Below, piece by piece: positions 14,297 to 26,239 of a stretch of DNA of 64,000 bases (positions are counted from its first letter, which is position 1; each line of letters starts with the position of its first letter). Where the stretch lies: assembly GCA_051362555.1 (NCBI GenBank), contig CM120647.1, forward strand, positions 7,626,001 to 7,690,000, read 5' to 3'. Made by a program: the position numbers and the translations under genes. This DNA comes from Lingula anatina. Lineage: Eukaryota; Animalia; Brachiopoda. A model generated the notes under the pieces. That model ran no database searches. It was not told where the DNA came from and saw only the letters and a program-made list of their open reading frames with translations.

Positions 14297-15381
14297 TATA
14301 TGCTGTAAAATGTGTTACTTTACTCCGATTAGTTTACTTCAAAACGTGGCATGCATTAGCTATTGACCGTGAACTAGAAATTGATGTCCAGCTCTTTTCT
14401 AAATTGTGCAGTAAATTGAATGTACTTTTACTAGAATAACATCATTTTATATGATTAACCACGTGCGAATTATCTTATTCCGTTTCCCGAACAAACCAGC
14501 TGCTGTGTTATTTAAGGTATCATATCCGGCAATTTCCTGTCAAATAGCCTTTCCAAAAAAAAAAATGAAAATAAAAATAAAAATAGCCGTTCCTCCTACT
14601 CGGTCGACCTGTCTAGTCAGCTGGGTTCGATGCTTTACACCGTTTCTGATTACATAATATAATTAGTTCTAAATGACTGGCTAGTGACTTAATTGGGCTT
14701 CAATGTCCATCTGTGTATTCCAGAAGAGAAAAGGAACGACATCGGTTGTTGTTATGTGAGGGGTTCTTTCTTTTTTTTTTTTTATTATTGGGAAAGATGA
14801 GCAGCTGCCTTATTTGCATACACAGGAAATACGACTTTGGAACATTTCAAACTAACATGGTGTACCTTTAATGGATAAGATGTTATTGCCAAACGGCCTT
14901 GACAGCTCAATTAACCACACTGTAATATAATGGAATAATATATGCTGTAAAATGTGTTATTTTACTCCCATTAGTTTACTTCAAAACGTGACATGCATTA
15001 GCTTTTGACCGTGAACTAGAAATTGGTACCTAGCTCTTTTCAAAATTGTGCAGTAAATTGAATGTACTTTTACTAGAATAACATCATTTTATATGATTAG
15101 CCACGAATCATCTTTATTCCGTTTCCCGGACAAACCAGCCGCTGTGTAATTTAAGGTATCGAATTCGGCAATTTCCTGTCAAATCGCTTTTTCCGAAAAC
15201 AAAATAAGTAAATAAATAAAAATAAAAATAAAAAATAGCCGTTTTTCCTACGCGGTCAACCTGTCCTTGATTAAATAATGTAATTAGTTCTACATGACTG
15301 GCTTGAAAGGACTGCAATGTCCATCTGTGCACTCCAGAAGAAAACACGACACCGGTTGTTTTTATGTGAGGGGTTCTTTCG

Positions 15382-15430
<49 letters not shown>

Positions 15431-15580
15431 GTATTGATGAGCAGCTGCCTTATCTGCATACACAGGAAATACGACTTTGGAACATTTCAAACTAACATGG
15501 TGTACCTTTAATGGATAAGATATTATTGCCAAACGGCCTTGACAGCTCAATTAACCTCACTGTAATATAGTGGAATAATA
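14297..15580. repeat. Tandem duplication of a ~640-bp non-coding unit (~14297-14940, ~14939-15580)
   Basis: Both units start ATATGCTGTAAAATGTGTTA and end GCCAAACGGCCTTGACAGCTCAATTAACC..CACTGTAATATA..TGGAATAATA. Unit 2 has an expanded (ATT)n. Confidence 0.9.
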
Positions 15581-15915
15581 CGATATTCCTTTATTCATGA
15601 TGATGGACTTGTACGTCTGTGACGTTTTGTACTTTATTTTTGTTGACGAACATTTTGCATTATTTATATTCAATGCAAGAAAAATATTTTCTTTTTTTTT
15701 TTTAATATACCGCTGTCGGTTCCATTTTTTGTTGGAAGGGAAATACAACCTTCATCTTTTTAACATTTATTATTCACAACATTCTTTTGAAAAAAATCAA
15801 ACAAACAAGCAAACATCTTTTGGATTTCACGACTTTTATTTTCATTATCGTGAATCACATCTCAAAACTTCGGGATTCATTACGCGTCATGCTTAATGCC
15901 AGCAGGCAGAAATCA

Positions 15916-16482
15916 CTACTTAGGACAGTCTGCGCTGGAGCCGCAAATCCAGTTTGCCTTGTCCACGAGCAGTGGGGCACCTGGTGGACAGACACACTCA
16001 CGCCAGCATATCCGGAAGCAGGCCGGATGCCCGGGATTTTTGCAAGTGCGCGCGCATGCCAAATCGCAATCGCTTGTGGTTTTGACTAAATTCCCTGGGC
16101 ATTCTGGAAAGGAGAGTAATGGAATGGAATGTAATCCGAACACACTGGATTAAATGGGGAAGAGGGGTTAATTGAGTTCTTGTGATGAAAAAAAAAAATA
16201 AAGATGCGTTTTAAAAGGAATGGGGATTAATAACGACCAGATATTCTGCCACAAAAACAGTAACTTGGGGTTGAAATCTATAAAGGCAAAACAAAAAACG
16301 TTTTACGCTGAAATATAACGTGCAGCAATTGCTAACCGTGTTATATATATGAACCCATTTTTTATTTCATAAAACAAGTTATTTTAGATTTTACCTCCAT
16401 TTTCCGATATAGGAAAGATGATGAAATTGGCATTGGCGACGACAGCCACGACCAGCAGCATGAAAACTGTATACATCTGCAT
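15916..16482 (-). CDS. Secreted TIL-domain serine protease inhibitor, TIL-2, ~91 aa; exons 16482-16395, 16103-15916
   Basis: Signal exon MQMYTVFMLLVVAVVANANFIIFPISENG, phase-1 GT-AG intron, then ECPGNLVKTTSDCDLACARTCKNPGHPACFRICWRECVCPPGAPLLVDKANWICGSSADCPK*. Ten Cys; same structure as TIL-1; 276 nt. Confidence 0.9.
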
Positions 16483-17242
16483 CCTGATGGAAAACAATAG
16501 CATGTGAGTGTTGGTTCACTAAGTAACTGACTTTTATGCCGTTATTTTCATCGTGAACATAGTATTCTACGAGTTTTCCTTTTATCGCATGATTTGATTG
16601 ATTCCTTAAACATTATGCTAATAGAAAATGTAACTAAGTCTGAAATATAATCAATTTCATTTATAAGGCATTTCTTTGTATGTAATCATAAATGTACGGT
16701 ATAACCATATAAGCTGATGTTAATCTTTATCTTTGGGGAAACAGAAAATGCCTTAATAAAATGCGAGGTTAATAGATGTGGTTATGATATTTAGAGATTA
16801 TATGAAAGAAAGTACACTAGTACATTATATAAAGCAATATTGTAGAAAATGAGAAAACTTCAAAGTAACTCTAACCTTCATTTACTCTAATTTGAAGGCA
16901 TATTTAAGTAATATATAATGTACATTTCAGTATTCTACAATGTATAGGGGTATATAAATTATCTAACTGTTAAACTGTAATAGTTGTTTTTCTTGTAAAT
17001 ATATTTTTCTAATAATTAGATTTTAAAGAAATTTCGTATTTAGTTTAAAATAAATATATATTTAAGAAAAATAAGGAAATGCATAATCGATGTTATTAAA
17101 ATTAAAAAAAGCTTGCAAATCCTGCCATGTACATTGTTTTAGAGAAACTTCTGTATTCATCATCCTATTTGGAGGATGAGAGTCTAAATGTTGTAATACA
17201 TCCTTTACATATCTTTGTTTGACAGTTTAAAAGATGAATTAC

Positions 17243-17333
17243 CTTTAAATCAACTGTGAATCCTCCCTGTAGCAGCAATGTCTTCTAAAGGCAGCTTCTG
17301 TATTTTGATCAGCGCACTGACCTTTATATATAT
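17243..17333 (-). promoter_or_regulatory. Putative TATA box and non-coding first exon of TIL-2
   Basis: Minus-strand TATATATAAAG at ~17333-17322, then donor AAG|GTAATT at 17243/17242. The TIL-2 ATG exon begins 1 nt after an AG acceptor, so an upstream exon is needed. Confidence 0.55.
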
Positions 17334-17557
17334 ACATTTACCGTAAACAGCATTTTTAAATAGCCGGAGACATCCCATTACTGGCTTCAAAAATGCATTA
17401 TGTACTCTTCTGCCCAAAATTATTCCATTAAGTTAAGGGGTATCCCATCTCGTTTTCACATCCTATGTAATTGATGTAGTGTAAATGACAAAAAAAAATT
17501 GGTTGTTTTATTGGCAACAATTTCCTCGACAACTCACGTCTGTCAAAAATTGTCATA

Positions 17558-17814
17558 GACTGGGTCCCCATGCCTAGATCGATCCAACAGGACCGATCCA
17601 TCTCCAAGGGGCTTCTCGCTAAATGTCTTTCAGCTTAAGCGGCTTAAATGTCTGGCACGCGTACTGAAGCTGCTAAACGATAAGTAATTACTCCCTAGCC
17701 GCCTCGGTAGGCGTGGCAGATATGTAAGCCGCTTAAATTGATAGTTATTTAGCGAGAATCCCCTAGGAGATAGAACGATCCACAGGTAGTGCTATAGGGT
17801 CTGGGAATGGTTCC
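17558..17814. mobile_element. Palindromic MITE related to the 1148-1362 family; degenerate relatives at ~18109-18280 and ~51070-51312
   Basis: Shares CTAGATCGATCC, CTCGCTAAAT, TAATTAC.CCCT, GGCAGA.AT.TAAGCC and GGTCTGGGAATGG. Flanked by ATA on both sides. Confidence 0.65.
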
Positions 17815-17844
17815 ATAGGCACAATAATTGAAATTATAATTATA

Positions 17845-18094
17845 AAAACACTCAGAGAGCATATGCCTCAGACAAATACCAGACAAATAAGTAAATAATA
17901 GTTAACTGATAATTAATTAATTAACCACCAAAGTCCGGTCATTTTTTAAAGTTATATTATTCTTTTTCCGACCTACTGGTATCCTAAAATGTGACCAAAA
18001 TTCATACATAACTCTTTGACTTTGGCTGCTAATGAACTAGCAAGAAGACAGACAATTAAACAGAGATGAAAATATAACCTCCTTGGCGGAAGTA
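17845..18094 (+). mobile_element. Helentron-associated (HINE/DINE-1-like) non-autonomous element, degenerate
   Basis: Ends AATATAACCTCCTTGGCGGAAGTA, matching the copies at 33755-33992 and 37003-37223. Family assignment is by resemblance. Confidence 0.5.
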
Positions 18095-20026
18095 ATAGCA
18101 GGGTCTTAGACTCGGTCCCCTTAACCCTATCGTACTAGCAGGATCGATCTTACTCTGAGGGGATTCTCGTCTTAAATGTGTCACGCCACTGAAGCTTCTA
18201 AAGGGTATTTAACTTTCGTTCATGCATTAAATAACTAAATGCAATTTAGCGAGAAACTCCAGAACTCGCTGGGAGGACAACTGCCCACAGTAACTCCAGC
18301 CTCCGGCCCTGCAATAATAATAATAATTATTATTATTATTATTATTATTATTTTTAATATGATATATTGAGCTGTACCCCGGTAAATGATAAATAAGACA
18401 CATTTGTAAGCTTCCTGCACTGGGCTTAATATAAACACAGATACAAAAACATAATATAGTGTATTCTATATCAGGTATACCCACCATTCTAACATATGCC
18501 TAGCGCGTATAGTAGATCAATATAGCACCTGTTTGTTGTCCATTAGCAGCGATAAGAGCCCCACAGTGACGTTTTAGCCACGAGGTCAGTAAGTGACCTG
18601 GTGGCCTGAGCACAACATGTTACGTTAGATAAAAACATGTTTACTGTGCATGCAGGTAACTCCAGGTAGGTCAAATCATGTCACTTATAACTTTCCACTT
18701 ACTCCTTGCTTTAATCGCAACTGTGCGTGTCCTATTCAGTGCATTAAGGCTGTCGTACGTAACAACGCAGAAAAAAAGTAAGTGTTTCTTTTTTCCTCTT
18801 CTTCGTCTCTTTTATTCGTTTATAGTATGAAATCATGGTATATGCCTGTATTACATCACAGTAATAACAATAAACAGATTACGTGTTTACCTTAAGGGCT
18901 AAATCCGACGACATATTTAATCTGTTAAGGCCGTTAATGAAGGGAGGGGAGGGGTGAAGGGAAACGCCTGCTCTCTACCTCCTACACACACGCACATTTC
19001 GGCTTGATACAGGTACATAGACACAGTATCTATCAGTATTTCATTCATCTTTTTTTCCCGGACAAAGGGACGCTTCTGGAATGTGTGGGGAGAAAAACAA
19101 GTCTTGTTTATTATGAACATGCGTGCCCTCTGTGTTATGTGCACAAGCGACTGTTTTGATACACGCAGTAAACGTTGTCCCGTCAAATGTTTCCATTGTG
19201 GGACCTAGAATTTCCCCACGAACATTTCTTAAACTGCATCCTATAGGGCATTGTTGGGTTCTACGTGACTCATACAGGCTGATGCCGATGGAAACGAGGC
19301 CCAACTTGTTTACACACACGTGATGCAGCCAAGCACGTGATGGAACGTGAGGGAACGCATGACTGTAGAGGAGGAGATATAATTTGCAATATTTTGTTGA
19401 CTGGGACGACTAACTCGAGAAGTCTTACGTTTGATTGAAACTTTGTTTTCGTGTTGATAATTTAATTCGGTAGTCATATTTTCGATGTGTGTTGGTGATA
19501 CATGTTATACATGTACATACACATGTGTATAAAACACATGCATCTCGTCACCAAATTGTCAAATTAGTTGCTTACAAAGGCTCTAAACCCTATAGAAGCC
19601 TACGCGGACAGAACTAACTACATGTACATACTTGAACATTTAAATATATCAATATATGATCGAGCCTTGCAATTGTATACAAAACCATTAGCTGAGCTAT
19701 GTTTTTTTAACAAAGTGTTGACTTATATCATAACAGGGAGAGCAAAAGACATTACATCTCAGAGTGTTCTGGGTAATTTTGCAGTTGGCTTAGTCTCTTC
19801 TTCATGAGTCCCTATACAGATTCAAGCAAGGGTGTAATGATATTCATGTCTTTCGAATCCATAATTAGGTTAAATTTATCCAGGGGAAGAAGACTTTAGG
19901 CTAGTCAGGATATTAAAGGACTCATTAAGAACAAGTTGACCCGCTGACTACCATGACACTTTGCCGTGGGTCGGTCATATTTGATCCGTGATTCTGTAAG
20001 TTCGCGGATCGACTTTGGTTGTAAAT

Positions 20027-20950
20027 GCGGCCTTAGTGAGCGACATATGGCTCTATAACACGAAAGCATCGCAAATAGCGACCGCACGCAAGCATAGCGA
20101 TCAATCGCTATTTGCGATGGCGACTACACCCACCTGCTTACTCGAAGCTTAAGCAAACGCAGCGCAATTATAGCCTCAATCGCTACTAAAATTTGATTGC
20201 CGCATAAAGTGAAGACGTCATAACACAGTTAAACAATGTAATTTTATTATAGCATTCAGCTAATCAAGAGTTTGTTTTTATTTAAAGGAATATCACAATT
20301 AGAAATGATGATATTTGAAGTATTTGCCACCAATAGAATGTCAAACACAATTCAATAAGCGAAGCACACGTGTTTGGACTGACACAATTACTGAAACGTT
20401 GGTGAGTAGCGTTCAGTCTCACAATAATAGACACTCTGGAAGGTCACCGCATGATCGATTGCTTTGTTTCTGCTTTTTTTCCTTTTGTGTAGAAAATGAA
20501 ACTATTTTTTAACTTAGGCTTATTATTAATATACTACACAGATGAACTATATTAAAAAGAAAAAATATAAAATGATGTATGAAATGTTTAATTTTGAATT
20601 TTTTATGCATAATTAAACATAACTTTAGCGTTCTTCACGTGAAAATTTACCGCAATTTTTATTTATTTATTTATTTATTTATTTATTAGAGGTATCGAGT
20701 GACTCAATATTTTATAAGCTTTCGTGCTTTGTGATATGCCATTATGACAAGCAACCCAAACTTGCCGTCATATTTAATTACATGAAAGTCACTATAAAAA
20801 GACGAATTATGCATGCGCTAAGACCATTGAAACGCGCTTTACTCGTCGCAAATAATAGCCCCGGAACTAAAGGTGGTATCGCTATAAGGGCTCGGTCGTG
20901 ATTTGCGATGCTTTCGAGTTATGGAATAGCGTCGAATCACCAAGATTGCG
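20027..20950. mobile_element. Degenerate TIR-bounded element (~0.9 kb)
   Basis: TATAACACGAAAGCATCGCAAATAGCGACCG (~20054-20084) is inverted-complementary to CGGTCGTGATTTGCGATGCTTTCGAGTTATG (~20893-20923). Similarity extends outward over ~60 bp; the interior is AT-rich. Confidence 0.55.
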
Positions 20951-21401
20951 CTCGGTCGAAATGAAGAGAGATGAGGCTGGCAATGGTACCCAACTACCTT
21001 CTCTGGGGGGGGGGGGGGGGTCTTTATATCTGGCAGTGGCCCACATAAGGCATATCATAACTTAAGGTGGTTTAATGTGAGATTACGTGTCTTCAAGTGC
21101 GTCTTTAAATACAAGACAAAAGGGGTCGTACAGTTACTGGTCGTGATATTCTGCCATTATTCCAATAGCCTCTGTATCTTTTGTTCTCGAAACCCGCTGT
21201 ATAATTGTGCGTGTCATTTTACACTGAACAGGCTCAGGCTAAATAAATTCTTTATGTAGGATGTGAATAATTTATTTGCATACCAGTACTTAACACATGG
21301 CTACGATACAGTCTGTACATTATAGTAGATCGCTGTACAGCTTTCTCTGAATGTTACTTACAGATATCTTATCGGATGTTATTATATTTTCAGATTAAGA
21401 C

Positions 21402-22695
21402 ATGGATGATAAACCCGAAGTAATTAAACACCGTTCAAGGTCAGTTTCTGAAAAACTGAGTGTTGAATCCGAGGGGTTAAATGAAAATGACGCGAACATC
21501 TCTGGTGGCAAAACGGACAGCTGTGAGGAAAACGCCGACAAAAACTGCACCAATAGTCGCATCGGCAATGGATACACGTACGATTATAACCACAGTGGCA
21601 ACATCAACCTCAGCTTCGTCAGTGATTCCAACGACAGTGCAACTAATTTCACAAAGATACCCGAGGAAAATGTGAACAACAGCAACCATTACAGTGCCAT
21701 CTCCAATCCTGTCTCCAACAATAATGACGTGAACACTGAAAGTGGTTACGTCAGCACCAACAACGATGACGTTAACAGCAAAGCCCCTGATGGCGGGTGG
21801 GGCTGGCTGGTGGTTTTGGCCTCCTTCTTGTTACACGTTATCGTGGACGGGGTGTCTTTTTCCATGGGTATATTTTATGTGGTCTTTTTGGATACCTTTC
21901 AAGAGACAAAATCCAACACATCATGGATTGGTTCAATTTTGACGGCGGCAATGCACCTAATAGGTAGGTTCTGATCACAGTAGAATATCATATCATGATA
22001 ATAAAAATATCACAAATGACCACGAAAGGAAAGTGGACCAGTAATATAAACTGGTGCATGTACCAGTAATAATCTGTCTTAAAACATTTATGTTATACTT
22101 AGGAAATGTTACAAATCGAACAGATAGAATCTGTTACTGGCATTATTGAACCAGTGACGTGAGCATTTCTAGCAAATACGTCAAGAAAGCTTCATTTTGT
22201 ACCGATAAATAGTGACGTAATTTATTATATAAATGTTAAAAACCAACATTTTTTTTTCAGCCAAACTAAAATCGTCGCCGGAATTTAAAGTAACTTTCAG
22301 ATTTTTTCATTATTTTAGCATTACCGGCCGGGATGATGTGCGAGAAGTTTGGCTATAGAGTGGTCAGTATTTCCGGCAGCGTAATAGCAACAGTGGGGTT
22401 CGTCTTGAGCGCGTTTGCGCCCTCTATTTATGTGTTATATGTCACCCTCGGAGCTGTAGTAGGTAGGTTTATTTACACACGGTTGGAATGCCAGGTATGC
22501 CGAAGATGGTCTTGTGCTATTTCTATTGTAATTAATTTTCAAAGGCTATTTAATTTCACCATATCTAATTTTTTACTTCAACAATGCCCATGTTTGGTTA
22601 CATTAATAGTAATAACCACAGGTTTCAACATGTTTCCGGCTTAACAAAATTACATGCAGTTTTAGAATGCTTCAAATGTACTGGGTGAGTTAGCT

Positions 22696-22790
<95 letters not shown>

Positions 22791-24724
22791 ATATATATAT
22801 ATAGAGAGAGAGAGACTATCAGCGATTTTTTCCTTTATCACCACGGTGTATCCTATCCATAACAGTTGGGAAAAATTGCGATTTATGAACTTGTTTATGA
22901 CTTCTGTATTTTTTCTAATGATGTGCTTAAAAGTCACCATTTTACATGAACGTCTCCATTCGAGACAATGAGAAGTTACATTTAAAAACGGGTTTATAAA
23001 AAGGTCGTGATTTTGACAATGCCTTTAAATTTGATGTACCTTGGCGATTAAGGAACATGTTGTTACATGTACCTATGAAATCTATATTTATTTTATAAAT
23101 GTCAACTTTCAGTCAGAAATTATCTAAATGAATGAATTTGGTCTTGTTTTTACAGGAATAGGTTTTGGCCTAATGTTCTTCCCCAGTGTAGTATGCGTGC
23201 AGCTCTACTTTGATAAGAAGCGTTCCCTTGCTATGGGTATCTCAGTGTGTGGGACGGGCGTCGGGACTTTTGCCTTGGCGCCGTTTGTGCGCTGGCTGAC
23301 AGACATAATTGGCTGGAAGTATACGATGGGGGTTTTAGCAGGGATCACTCTTACGGGCTCTTCTTTAGGAATGCTTTACAAACCACTGCGAAAGCGTGAA
23401 GCTGACGAGAAGGCGGACGTCATGGAAATTCTTGAAGGAAAAGAGACGGAGCTCGAAGATAACGAATTGTCATTTGGTACAAAAATGGTTCATCTAAACG
23501 AAACAAATCAAGAGAGTAAAGTGGGGAATTTAACAACGTCGTTCACAAAAAAGACTGAAGATAATTCTTTAAAAAGCACAAACATATTTACAGGGTTAAA
23601 GCAAGAGGTTCCAGAACAATCGATATCTATTGAGAATGAGCGCATGGAGCATAAACAAATGGCAAAAATACACGCTGAAGAAAACACAGCGTCGTCTATC
23701 GACCATACTCTATCATCTGCCTTAAAAGAAAATAGCTCAGCATGCTGTGCCAAATGCTCCATAGATGGCGCCGTCGGTGCCATACATTGGTCGTTGCTAC
23801 GAGACCCTGCATTCGTGGTTTGGCTTTCGTGTTACTTCATTTGTCAACTAGGAATCATAGTCCCCTTTACATTTATACCAGACAGTGCCATATCACGTAA
23901 TATCGGTGCCCCTGAAGCTGCATTCCTAATATCCATCATAGGGATCGTCAATACCGTCACGCGTCTCGTCACCGGGATTGTTGCTGACCGGAAGTTTATT
24001 CGCCATCATCGTTTGCAGTTACTGGCTTTTTCCGTTTTCATTGGGGGAGTAGCGCTAATTGTGAATCCATTTTGTAATACGTATGCAACATTGGCAGTGG
24101 ACGTAGTGTTCACTGGGATATCTCTGGGTAAGTTTTTTATTAAAAGGCACACGATTGGCGGTAGACCTATTATCTTTGGAATTTCATTAAATTCCCGCTG
24201 TATCCCCTAAGCAAAATGAGGCAACGAATTCGCAGGGGTTTGCAAGATACATTTTCTTACTGTTAATTTGCAGCCATATTGAAGCAAACTTGCTGCTTAT
24301 TTGCAAGAATTAATTGCAGTTTGCAGCAATATTGCAGCAAATTTGCTGCAAATTTTCTGTGAATTTGCAGCAGGCCTGACATTTTGCTAAGGGATATGTC
24401 GAGCACAGAAATTGCGTCCCAGTTTTAACAACTAACCAAATATTTTAGACAACTTCCCTGTCTTAACCTACACTCACGTACTCCACAGATTTGATATTAA
24501 TTTATTTGAAAATATTTTAATAATGTCCATTTTAAACCTATAGGTTCATTTATATTACTGATGCCAGTGGTTTTACGTGATTTGTTTGGACTGGAGAAAA
24601 TGAACTCGAGCATCGGATTTACATTGGTGATAGTGGGAATTTCGACGATGCTAGTACCATTTTTAGGTAAATATTTACAGTTTATGCAGCTGTGTGGGGA
24701 AAAAGAGGGGGTGGAGACTGTTGC

Positions 24725-24784
<60 letters not shown>

Positions 24785-25360
24785 CGTTTCTTATAAGCAC
24801 CAATTTCTTTCAAAATTTGCAAAAAAAATTAAAGCCGTAAAGAAAAGTGTATGTCATGGTTGCAAAACGCAGTCGGTGCCGAAATACGGTGCGACATGTA
24901 CATATACTGAGCCTATAGTCGAATTGCATTAGTTTGCCCCTAGAGAAGTCAAATAGAGTGAAACAGACTGGTAAACAGTGCTATAAAACTTTGTATTTGT
25001 TTATCTGTCTAGCAGTATAGCACTTAGATATAATTTTAATACCTACTTTTTTATTTTAATACCGTTTCTACACATCAACCTTTATGAAGCACACGATCTG
25101 TACTACTGTTAAGATTTGAAACCAAATTTTGAATGACAATTTAAAGATTACTGTAAACTACTGATTTCGAATCTGATGATTTTTTTTTTTATATAGGCTG
25201 GTTGACTGATGTCACAGGATCATATGATATCACTTTTTACGTCACTGGAGGGGCCCTCGTCATATGTAGTTTTGTGCAGGCGATGTTACGTCGTTTCCAA
25301 AAGAAAACTTATCACCCAGAATGCACCGTTCCGGAAACGACAGAAGATACGAGACTTTGA
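21402..25360 (+). CDS. SLC16/monocarboxylate transporter family MFS protein, copy 2 (~654 aa); exons 21402-21963, 22319-22462, 23156-24127, 24544-24666, 25197-25360
   Basis: APDGGWGWLVVLASF, LYFDKKRSLAMGISVCGTGVGT, GWLTDVTGSYDITFY. Same intron positions and 144/123-nt exons as copy 1. 1965 nt in frame, ending ETTEDTRL*. Confidence 0.92.
22700..22815. repeat. Compound (TA)n(GA)n microsatellite
   Basis: Direct inspection; another at ~24725-24780. Confidence 0.95.
24204..24393. mobile_element. CMC/EnSpm-like non-autonomous element (~190 bp) in an SLC16 copy 2 intron
   Basis: AT|CCCCTAAGCAAAATG...CATTTTGCTAAGGG|AT: CCC/GGG termini, 2-bp TSD, internal TTGCAGCAA repeats. Confidence 0.65.
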
Positions 25361-26239
25361 TGCAGTAATAAGGCTACATCAACTGTGCGGCTATTATGAA
25401 AGTCCAAGGTCATAGTGTTACTGACAAATTGTTTATAGATCCACGTTTACAATATTCAGCAAAACACAATTGTTGCCCTTGTTGAGGGTATGCCTTGCCG
25501 CCTACAGGAAATAATTGCAGTACTAGCTACGTACTGTATATGTAGAAACATATATTAGACACATGGCTTTTAACGAGCATACCCTAATCCCAATTGTATG
25601 TAACTTTGGTGACATTCGATGTTGTCTTTTTAATTTAATGGACATGTTTAACCTCTTTGCATATAATAGTGAATCATCGGATTTAAATGGGTACTTGTTT
25701 TAAATTTGAATATGAATGTTAATACGGATACCTTCACTTTTTTGTATTTTCGATACCATTAAACATGTAAGATGATGTATCTCGGAGGAAAATCACTGAT
25801 TTGACAATTTGCACCTGTGAGGTGATCATTTGTATATAAAAGCACGTGGAATTGAAGGTGGATCAACCGTTTTGACGAATAGCGTACAATGCCTTCAGTT
25901 TGGGAAATCGAAACTTGCAGTCGCAACCCAAAAATTGAATTAAATGTGCATAGGCTGCTGCTTTTTCCAAGCAACGTACTTTTTAAAAATCAATATTTAC
26001 AACCTTTAACCATTTCACTTTATTTCGAACTAATTTATTTCCGACAAGATATTCTAGCAATAACCGTGTACACTTTTCAAGCAGAGGACAGCTGGGTGGT
26101 AACGTTTTTCCTATGAAAAAAAAAGAAACTCTTGCAGGAGCGTGGTCGGTGCCAAAAAGCGTAGAAGCCAGAAAAATAGCTGTCCATTTCTTGTGAAAAT
26201 ATGTCAATTTCCCTGTTGTAGATACCAAGTGCTGTTATC

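Noticed and set aside
18235-18310. Possible third TIL exon (minus strand TTGCAG|GPEAGVTVGSCPPSEFWS)
   Set aside because: Only one Cys motif; it runs straight into a MITE relic, and no remaining TIL cysteines or signal exon were found.
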